Assembly (NCBI GenBank): GCA_032718475.1
Contig: JAUCBJ010004710.1
Coordinates: 14,493 to 78,492, forward strand
Length of the DNA stretch: 64,000 nt
DNA from: Nemertoderma westbladi
Taxonomy: Eukaryota > Animalia > Xenacoelomorpha
Direction: 5' to 3'
In this document: positions 1 to 16,900 of the stretch, in pieces
Position numbering within the stretch: the first letter of the stretch is position 1
Layout of the letters: each line of letters starts with the position of its first letter
The notes under the pieces: model-generated
The model's database searches: none
Told to the model about the DNA's origin: nothing
What the model saw: the letters and a program-made list of their open reading frames with translations, nothing else
Translations under genes and position numbers: made by a program

Positions 1-711
1 GCCAGTTTGTAAAGAACACTGGACATATAGATACAACAAATGATTCAACAAATGATTCAACAAATGATTCAACAAATGTTACAACAAATGATATAACAAA
101 TGTTACAACAAATGGTACAACAAATGTTACAACAAATGATATAACAAATGTTACAACAAATGGTACAACAAATGATACAACAAATGTTACAACAAATGAT
201 ACAACAAATGATACAACAAATGTTACAGCAAATGATACAACAAATGATACAACAAATGTTACAACAAATGATACAACAAATGATACAACAAATGATACAA
301 CAAATGATACAACAAATGATTCAACAAATGATTCAACAAATGATACAACAAATGATACAACAAATGTTACAGCAAATGATACAACAAATGATACAACAAA
401 TGTTACAGCAAATGATACAACAAATGATACAACAAATGTTACAACAAATGATACAACAAATGATACAACAAATGATACAACAAATGTTACAACAAATGTT
501 ACAGCAAATGATACAACAAATGATACAACAAATGTTACAACAAATGATACAACAAATGATACAACAAATGATACAACAAATGTTACAGCAAATGATACAA
601 CAAATGATACAACAAATGTTACAACAAATGATACAACAAATGATACAACAAATGATACAACAAATGATTCAACAAATGATTCAACAAATGATATAACAAA
701 TGTTACACGAA

Positions 712-1958
712 GTGGGGCCTTCGCGCAGCACGTGACTTAAATTTAATTTAAGTACTAATTCGAAAGTATTACTGTATTAGCAAATTTTAAGCAGATTTCG
801 CCTAATCACTTTTTACCTCTTTCATTTCTATTCAGAACTGAAGATGGATTAGGGTCTCCAGCCCCACAAAGACACACAGCCTATGGATGAATAGTACATA
901 CGTACATCGGCTAAGTTTCATCTTGAATAACGGATAACGAAATGAGAGACGGATCTCACTTTCAGAAATTTCGTCGTATAGCGGCAGACCGATTAAATCT
1001 CCCCCCCCCCCCCCCCCACAAAGACGCAGCATGTGGTCCAGAATATATGGCAAGATTCAGCTTAAACTGATTAAAATCAATGAGACGGGAGAATCTATTC
1101 ACTTTCAGGCATAAAGTAGTCCTATAGCGGGTGACTGTTGAACTGATTTTCAACAAAACAAATTTTCAACTTGGCAGCTTTAAATTCGACAAAGTTATAA
1201 GCATGTCAATATCATAACGACGACAACGATTTCACTTTCAGACATTTGGCCCTCTAGCGGCAGACTGGAGAACTGCAGATGGATTCGCCTCCTTTGAAAG
1301 TCACAGCTAATGGTCTAATACATATCTGCCAAGTTTCAGCTTAAACGGATTAAAAGCAAAGAAATGGGAGGGCATTTAATGTTTAGACATGTGGCCCTCT
1401 AGCGGGAGACCATTGCACTGATGGTGTCTGAAAGTCTCTCAAAAATCTCAACTTTTGCTCATATTGATACCTACAAATTTTCAACTTGGCAGCTTTAAAT
1501 CCGACAAAGTTATTAGCATGTCAAAATCGTAACGACGACAACGATTTCACTTTCAGACCTTTGGCCCTCTAGCGGCAGACTGGAGAACTGCAGATGGATT
1601 CGCCTCCTTTGAAAGTCACAGCTAATGGTCTAATACATATCTGCCAAGTTTCAGCTTAAACGGATTAAAAGCAAAGAAATGGGAGGGCATTTAATGTTTA
1701 GACATGTGGCCCTCTAGCGGGAGACCATTGCACTGATGGTGTCTGAAAGTCTCTCAAAAATCTCAACTTTTGCTCATATTGATACCTACAAATTTTCAAC
1801 TTGGCAGCTTTAAATCCGACAAAGTTATTAGCATGTCAAAATCGTAACGACGACGACAACGACGACGACGACGACGACGACAACTATTTGCATAAATTGA
1901 CCCACCCCCTAACAGTGTCAATTCGCTAAGGCTCCGCCAACTTCGTGGCTCGCCCCAC
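712..1958 (+). mobile_element. Non-autonomous DNA element (Helentron/HINE-like or MITE-like) inserted in the 12-bp satellite
   Basis: Starts GTGGGGCCTTCGCGCAGCACG and ends TTCGTGGCTCGCCCCAC (7-bp inverted ends); both termini recur at 51545 and 51735. It has internal tandem repeats, a (GAC)n microsatellite at ~1847-1882 and a 3' AATTGAC...GTCAATT stem. This layout resembles DINE-1/HINE elements; the superfamily call is inference. Confidence 0.75.
1161..1855. repeat. 315-bp internal tandem duplication (~2.2 copies) inside the element, built from older ~145-170-bp subunits
   Basis: AATTTTCAACTTGGCAGC recurs at 1161, 1476 and 1791; a TAGCGG(C/G)AGAC-like motif recurs about every 150 bp from ~978. 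Confidence 0.92.
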
Positions 1959-4900
1959 AACAAATGTTACAACAAATGATACAACAAATGATACAGCAAA
2001 TGATACAACAAATGTTACAACAAATGATACAACAAATGATATAACAAATGATACAACAAATGATACAACAAATGATACAACAAATGTTACAACAAATGTT
2101 ACAACAAATGATACAACAAATGTTACAACAAATGTTACAACAAATGTTACAACAAATGATTCAACAAATGATTCAATAAATGATACAACAAATGTTTCAA
2201 CAAATGATATAACAAATGTTACAACAAATGAGACAACAAATGTTTCAACAAATGATATAACAAATGTTACAACAAATGTTACAACAAATGATTCAACAAA
2301 TGATACAACAAATGATACAACAAATGTTACAACAAATGAGACAACAAATGATATAACAAATGATACAACAAATGATACAGCAAATGATACAACAAATGTT
2401 ACAACAAATGATACAACAAATGATACAGCAAATGATACAACAAATGTTACAACAAATGATACAACAAATGTTACAACAAATGTTACAACAAATGATACAA
2501 CAAATGTTACAACAAATGTTACAGCAAATGATACAACAAATGTTACAACAAATGATACAACAAATGATTCAATAAATGATACAACAAATGATACAACAAA
2601 TGTTACAACAAATGATACAACAAATGATACAACAAATGTTACAACAAATGATACAACAAATGTTACAACAAATGATACAACAAATGATACAACAAATGTT
2701 ACAACAAATGATACAACAAATGTTACAACAAATGATTCAATAAATGATACAACAAATGTTTCAACAAATGATATAACAAATGATACAACAAATGATACAG
2801 CAAATGATACAACAAATGTTACAACAAATGATTCAACAAATGATTCAATAAATGATACAACAAATGTTACAACAAATGATACAACAAATGTTACAACAAA
2901 TGTTACAACAAATGATACAACAAATGTTACAACAAATGTTACAGCAAATGATACAACAAATGTTACAACAAATGATACAACAAATGATTCAATAAATGAT
3001 ACAACAAATGATACAACAAATGTTACAACAAATGATACAACAAATGATACAACAAATGTTACAACAAATGATACAACAAATGTTACAACAAATGATACAG
3101 CAAATGATACAACAAATGTTACAACAAATGATACAACAAATGATACAGCAAATGATACAACAAATGTTACAACAAATGATACAGCAAATGATACAACAAA
3201 TGTTACAACAAATGATACAACAAATGATACAGCAAATGATACAACAAATGTTACAACAAATGATACAACAAATGTTACAACAAATGTTACAACAAATGAT
3301 ACAACAAATGTTACAACAAATGATACAACAAATGATACAACAAATGTTACAACAAATGATACAACAAATGTTACAACAAATGATTCAATAAATGATACAA
3401 CAAATGTTTCAACAAATGATATAACAAATGATACAACAAATGATACAGCAAATGATACAACAAATGTTACAACAAATGATACAACAAATGATACAGCAAA
3501 TGATACAACAAATGTTACAACAAATGATACAACAAATGTTACAACAAATGATACAGCAAATGATACAACAAATGTTACAACAAATGATACAACAAATGAT
3601 ACAACAAATGTTACAACAAATGATACAACAAATGATACAGCAAATGATACAACAAATGTTACAACAAATGATACAACAAATGATACAACAAATGTTTCAA
3701 CAAATGATATAACAAATGTTACAACAAATGAGACAACAAATGTTTCAACAAATGATATAACAAATGTTACAACAAATGTTACAACAAATGATTCAACAAA
3801 TGATTCAATAAATGATACAACAAATGTTACAACAAATGATACAACAAATGATACAACAAATGTTACAACAAATGATACAACAAATGTTACAACAAATGAT
3901 TCAATAAATGATACAACAAATGTTTCAACAAATGATATAACAAATGATACAACAAATGATACAGCAAATGATACAACAAATGTTACAACAAATGATACAA
4001 CAAATGATACAGCAAATGATACAACAAATGTTACAACAAATGATACAACAAATGTTACAACAAATGATACAGCAAATGATACAACAAATGTTACAACAAA
4101 TGATACAACAAATGTTACAACAAATGATACAGCAAATGATACAACAAATGTTACAACAAATGATACAACAAATGATACAGCAAATGATACAACAAATGTT
4201 ACAACAAATGATACATCAAATGATAATCAAATGATACAACAAATGATTCAACAAATGATTCAATAAATGATACAACAAATGTTACAACAAATGATACAAC
4301 AAATGTTACAACAAATGTTACAACAAATGATACAACAAATGTTACAACAAATGTTACAGCAAATGATACAACAAATGTTACAACAAATGATACAACAAAT
4401 GATTCAATAAATGATACAACAAATGATACAACAAATGTTACAACAAATGATACAACAAATGATACAACAAATGTTACAACAAATGATACAACAAATGTTA
4501 CAACAAATGATACAGCAAATGATACAACAAATGTTACAACAAATGATACAACAAATGATACAACAAATGATACAACAAATGTTACAACAAATGATACAGC
4601 AAATGATACAACAAATGTTACAACAAATGATACAACAAATGATACAGCAAATGATACAACAAATGTTACAACAAATGATACAACAAATGTTACAACAAAT
4701 GTTACAACAAATGATACAACAAATGTTACAACAAATGATACAACAAATGATACAACAAATGTTACAACAAATGATACAACAAATGTTACAACAAATGATA
4801 CAACAAATGATACAGCAAATGATACAACAAATGTTACAACAAATGATACAACAAATGTTACAACAAATGATACAACAAATGATACAGCAAATGATACAAC

Positions 4901-7900
4901 AAATGTTACAACAAATGATACAACAAATGTTACAACAAATGTTACAACAAATGATACAACAAATGATACAACAAATGTTACAACAAATGATACAATAAAT
5001 GTTACAACAAATGATACAACAAATGATACAACAAATGTTACAACAAATGATACAACAAATGTTACAACAAATGATACAGCAAATGATACAACAAATGTTA
5101 CAACAAATGATACAACAAATGATACAGCAAATGATACAACAAATGTTACAACAAATGATACAACAAATGATACAACAAATGTTACAACAAATGATACAAC
5201 AAATGATACAACAAATGTTACAACAAATGATACAACAAATGTTACAACAAATGATACAACAAATGATACAACAAATGTTACAACAAATGATACAACAAAT
5301 GTTACAACAAATGATTCAATAAATGATACAACAAATGTTTCAACAAATGATATAACAAATGTTACAACAAATGAGACAACAAATGTTTCAACAAATGATA
5401 TAACAAATGTTACAACAAATGTTACAACAAATGATTCAACAAATGATTCAATAAATGATACAACAAATGTTTCAACAAATGATATAACAAATGTTACAAC
5501 AAATGAGACAACAAATGTTTCAACAAATGATATAACAAATGTTACAACAAATGTTACAACAAATGATTCAACAAATGATACAACAAATGATACAACAAAT
5601 GTTACAACAAATGAGACAACAAATGATATAACAAATGATACAACAAATGATACAGCAAATGATACAACAAATGTTACAACAAATGATACAACAAATGATA
5701 CAGCAAATGATACAACAAATGTTACAACAAATGATACAACAAATGATATAACAAATGATACAACAAATGATACAACAAATGATACAACAAATGTTACAAC
5801 AAATGTTACAACAAATGATACAACAAATGTTACAACAAATGTTACAACAAATGATACATCAAATGATAATCAAATGATACAACAAATGATTCAACAAATG
5901 ATTTAATAAATGATACAACAAATGTTTCAACAAATGATATAACAAATGTTACAACAAATGATTCAACAAATGAGACAACAAATGATATAACAAATGATAC
6001 AACAAATGATACAGCAAATGATACAACAAATGTTACAACAAATGATACAACAAATGTTTCAACAAATGATATAACAAATGTTACAACAAATGTTACAACA
6101 AATGATACAACAAATGATACAACAAATGTTACAACAAATGAGACAACAAATGATATAACAAATGATACAACAAATGATACAGCAAATGATACAACAAATG
6201 TTACAACAAATGATACAACAAATGATACAGCAAATGATACAACAAATGTTACAACAAATGATACAACAAATGATATAACAAATGATACAACAAATGATAC
6301 AGCAAATGATACAGCAAATGATACAACAAATGTTACAACAAATGATACAACAAATGTTTCAACAAATGATATAACAAATGTTACAACAAATGTTACAACA
6401 AATGATACAACAAATGATACAACAAATGTTACAACAAATGAGACAACAAATGATATAACAAATGATACAACAAATGATACAGCAAATGATACAACAAATG
6501 TTACAACAAATGATACAACAAATGTTTCAACAAATGATATAACAAATGTTACAACAAATGTTACAACAAATGATACAACAAATGATACAACAAATGTTAC
6601 AACAAATGAGACAACAAATGATATAACAAATGATACAACAAATGATACAGCAAATGATACAACAAATGTTACAACAAATGATACAACAAATGTTACAACA
6701 AATGATACAACAAATGATACAACAAATGTTACAACAAATGATACAACAAATGTTACAACAAATGATACAACAAATGATACAACAAATGTTACAACAAATG
6801 ATACAACAAATGTTACAACAAATGATTCAATAAATGATACAACAAATGTTTCAACAAATGATATAACAAATGATACAACAAATGATACAGCAAATGATAC
6901 AACAAATGTTACAACAAATGATTCAACAAATGATTCAATAAATGATACAACAAATGTTACAACAAATGATACAACAAATGTTACAACAAATGTTACAACA
7001 AATGATACAACAAATGTTACAACAAATGTTACAGCAAATGATACAACAAATGTTACAACAAATGATACAACAAATGATTCAATAAATGATACAACAAATG
7101 ATACAACAAATGTTACAACAAATGATACAACAAATGATACAACAAATGTTACAACAAATGATACAACAAATGTTACAACAAATGATACAGCAAATGATAC
7201 AACAAATGTTACAACAAATGATACAACAAATGATACAGCAAATGATACAACAAATGTTACAACAAATGATACAGCAAATGATACAACAAATGTTACAACA
7301 AATGATACAACAAATGATACAGCAAATGATACAACAAATGTTACAACAAATGATACAACAAATGTTACAACAAATGTTACAACAAATGATACAACAAATG
7401 TTACAACAAATGATACAACAAATGATACAACAAATGTTACAACAAATGATACAACAAATGTTACAACAAATGATTCAATAAATGATACAACAAATGTTTC
7501 AACAAATGATATAACAAATGATACAACAAATGATACAGCAAATGATACAACAAATGTTACAACAAATGATACAACAAATGATACAGCAAATGATACAACA
7601 AATGTTACAACAAATGATACAACAAATGTTACAACAAATGATACAGCAAATGATACAACAAATGTTACAACAAATGATACAACAAATGATACAACAAATG
7701 TTACAACAAATGATACAACAAATGATACAGCAAATGATACAACAAATGTTACAACAAATGATACAACAAATGATACAACAAATGTTTCAACAAATGATAT
7801 AACAAATGTTACAACAAATGAGACAACAAATGTTTCAACAAATGATATAACAAATGTTACAACAAATGTTACAACAAATGATTCAACAAATGATTCAATA

Positions 7901-10900
7901 AATGATACAACAAATGTTACAACAAATGATACAACAAATGATACAACAAATGTTACAACAAATGATACAACAAATGTTACAACAAATGATTCAATAAATG
8001 ATACAACAAATGTTTCAACAAATGATATAACAAATGATACAACAAATGATACAGCAAATGATACAACAAATGTTACAACAAATGATACAACAAATGATAC
8101 AGCAAATGATACAACAAATGTTACAACAAATGATACAACAAATGTTACAACAAATGATACAGCAAATGATACAACAAATGTTACAACAAATGATACAACA
8201 AATGTTACAACAAATGATACAGCAAATGATACAACAAATGTTACAACAAATGATACAACAAATGATACAGCAAATGATACAACAAATGTTACAACAAATG
8301 ATACATCAAATGATAATCAAATGATACAACAAATGATTCAACAAATGATTCAATAAATGATACAACAAATGTTACAACAAATGATACAACAAATGTTACA
8401 ACAAATGTTACAACAAATGATACAACAAATGTTACAACAAATGTTACAGCAAATGATACAACAAATGTTACAACAAATGATACAACAAATGATTCAATAA
8501 ATGATACAACAAATGATACAACAAATGTTACAACAAATGATACAACAAATGATACAACAAATGTTACAACAAATGATACAACAAATGTTACAACAAATGA
8601 TACAGCAAATGATACAACAAATGTTACAACAAATGATACAACAAATGATACAACAAATGATACAACAAATGTTACAACAAATGATACAGCAAATGATACA
8701 ACAAATGTTACAACAAATGATACAACAAATGATACAGCAAATGATACAACAAATGTTACAACAAATGATACAACAAATGTTACAACAAATGTTACAACAA
8801 ATGATACAACAAATGTTACAACAAATGATACAACAAATGATACAACAAATGTTACAACAAATGATACAACAAATGTTACAACAAATGATACAACAAATGA
8901 TACAGCAAATGATACAACAAATGTTACAACAAATGATACAACAAATGTTACAACAAATGATACAACAAATGATACAGCAAATGATACAACAAATGTTACA
9001 ACAAATGATACAACAAATGTTACAACAAATGTTACAACAAATGATACAACAAATGATACAACAAATGTTACAACAAATGATACAATAAATGTTACAACAA
9101 ATGATACAACAAATGATACAACAAATGTTACAACAAATGATACAACAAATGTTACAACAAATGATACAGCAAATGATACAACAAATGTTACAACAAATGA
9201 TACAACAAATGATACAGCAAATGATACAACAAATGTTACAACAAATGATACAACAAATGATACAACAAATGTTACAACAAATGATACAACAAATGATACA
9301 ACAAATGTTACAACAAATGATACAACAAATGTTACAACAAATGATACAACAAATGATACAACAAATGTTACAACAAATGATACAACAAATGTTACAACAA
9401 ATGATTCAATAAATGATACAACAAATGTTTCAACAAATGATATAACAAATGTTACAACAAATGAGACAACAAATGTTTCAACAAATGATATAACAAATGT
9501 TACAACAAATGTTACAACAAATGATTCAACAAATGATTCAATAAATGATACAACAAATGTTTCAACAAATGATATAACAAATGTTACAACAAATGAGACA
9601 ACAAATGTTTCAACAAATGATATAACAAATGTTACAACAAATGTTACAACAAATGATTCAACAAATGATACAACAAATGATACAACAAATGTTACAACAA
9701 ATGAGACAACAAATGATATAACAAATGATACAACAAATGATACAGCAAATGATACAACAAATGTTACAACAAATGATACAACAAATGATACAGCAAATGA
9801 TACAACAAATGTTACAACAAATGATACAACAAATGATATAACAAATGATACAACAAATGATACAACAAATGATACAACAAATGTTACAACAAATGTTACA
9901 ACAAATGATACAACAAATGTTACAACAAATGTTACAACAAATGATACATCAAATGATAATCAAATGATACAACAAATGATTCAACAAATGATTTAATAAA
10001 TGATACAACAAATGTTTCAACAAATGATATAACAAATGTTACAACAAATGATTCAACAAATGAGACAACAAATGATATAACAAATGATACAACAAATGAT
10101 ACAGCAAATGATACAACAAATGTTACAACAAATGATACAACAAATGTTTCAACAAATGATATAACAAATGTTACAACAAATGTTACAACAAATGATACAA
10201 CAAATGATACAACAAATGTTACAACAAATGAGACAACAAATGATATAACAAATGATACAACAAATGATACAGCAAATGATACAACAAATGTTACAACAAA
10301 TGATACAACAAATGATACAGCAAATGATACAACAAATGTTACAACAAATGATACAACAAATGATATAACAAATGATACAACAAATGATACAGCAAATGAT
10401 ACAGCAAATGATACAACAAATGTTACAACAAATGATACAACAAATGTTTCAACAAATGATATAACAAATGTTACAACAAATGTTACAACAAATGATACAA
10501 CAAATGATACAACAAATGTTACAACAAATGAGACAACAAATGATATAACAAATGATACAACAAATGATACAGCAAATGATACAACAAATGTTACAACAAA
10601 TGATACAACAAATGTTTCAACAAATGATATAACAAATGTTACAACAAATGTTACAACAAATGATACAACAAATGATACAACAAATGTTACAACAAATGAG
10701 ACAACAAATGATATAACAAATGATACAACAAATGATACAGCAAATGATACAACAAATGTTACAACAAATGATACAACAAATGATACAGCAAATGATACAA
10801 CAAATGTTACAACAAATGATACAACAAATGATATAACAAATGATACAACAAATGATACAACAAATGATACAACAAATGTTACAACAAATGATACAACAAA

Positions 10901-13900
10901 TGTTACAACAAATGATACAACAAATGTTACAACAAATGTTACAACAAATGATACATCAAATGATAATCAAATGATACAACAAATGATTCAACAAATGATT
11001 CAATAAATGATACAACAAATGTTTCAACAAATGATATAACAAATGTTACAACAATTGAGACAACAAATGATACAACAAATGTTACAACAAATGTTACAAC
11101 AAATGAGAAAACAAATGATACAACAAATGATACAACAAATGATATAACAAATGATACAACAAATGTTACAACAAATGAGACAACAAATGATTCAACAAAT
11201 GATATAACAAATGATACAACAAATGTTACAACAAATGATTCAACAAATGATATAACAAATGATACAACAAATGTTACAACAAATGATACAACAAATGTTA
11301 CAACAAATGTTACAACAAATGATACATCAAATGATAATCAAATGATACAACAAATGATTCAACAAATGATTCAATAAATGATACAACAAATGTTTCAACA
11401 AATGATATAACAAATGTTACAACAATTGTTACAACAAATGTTACAACAAATGTTACAACAAATGTTACAACAAATGAGACAACAAATGTTTCAACAAATG
11501 ATATAACAAATGTTACAACAAATGTTACAACAAATGATACAACAAATGATACAACAAATGTTACAACAAATGAGACAACAAATGATATAACAAATGATAC
11601 AACAAATGATACAGCAAATGATACAACAAATGTTACAACAAATGATACAACAAATGATATAACAAATGATATAACAAATGATACAACAAATGATACAACA
11701 AATGTTACATCAAATGATACAACAAATGTTACAACAAATGTTACATCAAATGATACAACAAATGAGACAACAAATGATACAACAAATGATATAACAAATG
11801 ATACAACAAATGTTACAACAAATGAGACAACAAATTATATAACAAATGATACAACAAATGTTACAACAAATGAGACAACAAATGATATAACAAATGATAC
11901 AACAAATGATACAGCAAATGATACAACAAATGTTACAACAAATGATACAACAAATGATATAACAAATGATACAACAAATTATATAACAAATGATACAACA
12001 AATGTTACAACAAATGAGACAACAAATGATATAACAAATGATACAACAAATGATACAACAAATGATACAACAAATGATACAACAAATGATACAACAAATG
12101 ATACAACAAATGATACAGCAAATGATACAACAAATGTTAATACAAATGAGACAACAAATGATATAACAAATGATACAACAAATGATACAACAAATTATCC
12201 AACAAATGTTCATACAAGTGATACATCAAATGATACAACAAATGATACAACAAATGATATAACAAATGATACAACAAATGATCCAACAAATGTTCATACA
12301 AGTGATACATCAAATGATACAACAAATGAGACAACAAATGATACAACAAATGATACAACAAATGATACAACAAATGATACAACAAATGATACAACAAATG
12401 ATACAACAAATGATACAACAAATGATACAGCAAATGATACAACAAATGTTAATACAAATGAGACAACAAATGATATAACAAATGATACAACAAATGATAC
12501 AACAAATGATCCAACAAATGTTCATACAAGTGATACATCAAATGATACAACAAATGATACAACAAATGATATAACAAATGATACAACAAATGATCCAACA
12601 AATGTTCATACAAGTGATACATCAAATGATACAACAAATGAGACAACAAATGATACAACAAATGATACAACAAATGATACAACAAATGATACAACAAATG
12701 ATACAACAAATGATACAACAAATGATACAACAAATGATACAACAAATGATACAGCAAATGATACAACAAATGTTAATACAAATGAGACAACAAATGATAT
12801 AACAAATGATACAACAAATGATACAACAAATGATCCAACAAATGTTCATACAAGTGATACATCAAATGATACAACAAATGTTACAACAAATGTTACAACA
12901 AATGAGACAACAAATGATCCAACAAATGTTCATACAAGTGATACATCAAATGATACAACAAATGAGACAACAAATGATACAACAAATGATACAACAAATG
13001 ATACAACAAATGATACAACAAATGATACAGCAAATGATACAACAAATGTTACAACAAATGATACAACAAATGATATAACAAATGATACAACAAATTATAT
13101 AACAAATGATACAACAAATGTTACAACAAATGAGACAACAAATGATATAACAAATGATACAACAAATGATACAACAAATGATTCAACAAATGATACAACA
13201 AATGATACAACAAATGATACAACAAATGATACAACAAATGATACAGCAAATGATACAACAAATGATACAACAAATGATACAACAAATGATACAGCAAATG
13301 ATACAACAAATGATACAACAAATGATACAACAAATGATACAACAAATGATACAACAAATGATACAGCAAATGATACAACAAATGATACAACAAATGATAC
13401 AACAAATGATACAACAAATGATACAACAAATGATACAACAAATGATACAACAAATGATACAACAAATGATACAACAAATGATACAACAAATGATACAACA
13501 AATGATACATCAAATGATAATCAAATGATACAACAAATGATACAACAAATGATACAACAAATGATACAACAAATGATACAACAAATGATACAACAAATGA
13601 TACAACAAATGATACATCAAATGATAATCAAATGATACAACAAATGATACAACAAATGATACAACAAATGATACAACAAATGATACAACAAATGATACAA
13701 CAAATGATACAACAAATGATACAGCAAATGATACAACAAATGATACAACAAATGATACAACAAATGATACAACAAATGATACAACAAATGATACAACAAA
13801 TGATACAACAAATGATACAACAAATGATACAACAAATGATACAACAAATGATACAACAAATGATACAACAAATGATACAACAAATGATACAACAAATGAT

Positions 13901-16900
13901 ACAACAAATGATACAACAAATGATACAACAAATGATACAACAAATGATACAACAAATGATACAACAAATGATACATCAAATGATAATCAAATGATACAAC
14001 AAATGATACAACAAATGATACAACAAATGATACAACAAATGATACAACAAATGATACAGCAAATGATACAACAAATGATACAACAAATGATACAACAAAT
14101 GATACAACAAATGATACAACAAATGATACAACAAATGATACAACAAATGATACAACAAATGATACATCAAATGATAATCAAATGATACAACAAATGATAC
14201 AACAAATGATACAACAAATGATACAACAAATGATACAACAAATGATACAGCAAATGATACAACAAATGATACAGCAAATGATACAACAAATGTTACAACA
14301 AATGATACAACAAATGATATAACAAATGATACAACAAATGATACAACAAATGATACAACAAATGATATAACAAATGATACAACAAATGATACAACAAATG
14401 ATACAACAAATGATACAACAAATGATACATCAAATGATAATCAAATGATACAACAAATGATACAACAAATGATACAACAAATGATACAACAAATGATACA
14501 ACAAATGATACAGCAAATGATACAACAAATGATACAGCAAATGATACAACAAATGTTACAACAAATGATACAACAAATGATATAACAAATGATACAACAA
14601 ATGATACAACAAATGATACAACAAATGATATAACAAATGATACAACAAATGATACAACAAATGATACAACAAATGATACAACAAATGATACAACAAATGA
14701 TACAACAAATGATACAACAAATGTTTCAACAAATGATATAACAAATGTTACAACAAATGTTACAACAAATGATACAACAAATGATATAACAAATGATACA
14801 ACAAATGATACAACAAATGATACAACAAATGATATAACAAATGATACAACAAATGATACAACAAATGATACAGCAAATGATACAACAAATGTTACAACAA
14901 ATGTTACATCAAATGATACAACAAATGAGTCAACAAATGATACAACAAATGATATAACAAATGATACAACAAATGTTACAACAAATGAGACAACAAATTA
15001 TATAACAAATGATACAACAAATGTTACAACAAATGAGACAACAAATGATATAACAAATGATACAACAAATGATACAGCAAATGATACAACAAATGATACA
15101 ACAAATGTTACATCAAATGATAATCAAATGTTACAACAAATGATACAACAAATGTTACAACAAATGATACAACAAATGATATAACAAATGATACAACAAA
15201 TGATACAACAAATGATATAACAAATGATACATCAAATGTTACAACAAATGATACAACAAATGATACAACAAATGATACAACAAATGATACAACAAATGAT
15301 ACAACAAATGATACAGCAAATGATACAACAAATGATACAACAAATGATACAACAAATGATACAACAAATGATATAACAAATGAGACAACAAATGATATAA
15401 CAAATGATACAACAAATGATACAGCAAATGATACAACAAATGTTTCAACAAATGATATAACAAATATTACAACAAATGTTACAACAAATGAGACAACAAA
15501 TGATATAACAAATGATACAACAAATGATACAGCAAATGATTCAACAAATGATACAACAAATGATATAACAAATGATACAACAAATGTTACAACAAATGAG
15601 ACAACAAATGATATAACAAATGATACAACAAATGATACAACAAATGTTACAACAAATGAGACAACAAATGATATAACAAATGATACAACAAATGATACAG
15701 CAAATGATACAACAAATGTTACAACAAATGATACAACAAATGATACATCAAATGATAATCAAATGATACAACAAATGATTCAACAAATGATACAACAAAT
15801 GATACAACAAATGTTACAACAAATGATTCAACAAATGATATAACAAATGATACAACAAATGTTACAACAAATGATTCAACAAATGTTACAACAAATGATA
15901 CAACAAATGATACAACAAATGATACAACAAATGATACAACAAATGTTACAACAAATGATACAACAAATGTTACAACAAATGATACAACAAATGATACAAC
16001 AAATGTTACAACAAATGATACAACAAATGTTACAACAAATGATTCAATAAATGATACAACAAATGTTTCAACAAATGATATAACAAATGTTACAACAAAT
16101 GAGACAACAAATGTTTCAACAAATGATATAACAAATGTTACAACAAATGTTACAACAAATGATTCAACAAATGATTCAATAAATGATACAACAAATGTTA
16201 CAACAAATGATACAACAAATGATACAACAAATGTTACAACAAATGATACAACAAATGTTACAACAAATGATTCAATAAATGATACAACAAATGTTTCAAC
16301 AAATGATATAACAAATGATACAACAAATGATACAGCAAATGATACAACAAATGTTACAACAAATGATACAACAAATGATACAGCAAATGATACAACAAAT
16401 GTTACAACAAATGATACAACAAATGTTACAACAAATGATACAGCAAATGATACAACAAATGTTACAACAAATGATACAACAAATGTTACAACAAATGATA
16501 CAGCAAATGATACAACAAATGTTACAACAAATGATACAACAAATGATACAGCAAATGATACAACAAATGTTACAACAAATGATACATCAAATGATAATCA
16601 AATGATACAACAAATGATTCAACAAATGATTCAATAAATGATACAACAAATGTTACAACAAATGATACAACAAATGTTACAACAAATGTTACAACAAATG
16701 ATACAACAAATGTTACAACAAATGTTACAGCAAATGATACAACAAATGTTACAACAAATGATACAACAAATGATTCAATAAATGATACAACAAATGATAC
16801 AACAAATGTTACAACAAATGATACAACAAATGATACAACAAATGTTACAACAAATGATACAACAAATGTTACAACAAATGATACAGCAAATGATACAACA

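Noticed and set aside
1945-4266. 773-aa (TTND/TTNV)n ORF resembling a mucin with an N-glycosylation sequon every four residues
   Set aside because: It starts at a GTG inside a transposon end, has no signal peptide or splice context, and 11-bp units shift the frame repeatedly. Codons ACA/ACA/AAT/GAT cannot become stops by one substitution, so an open frame is expected without selection.
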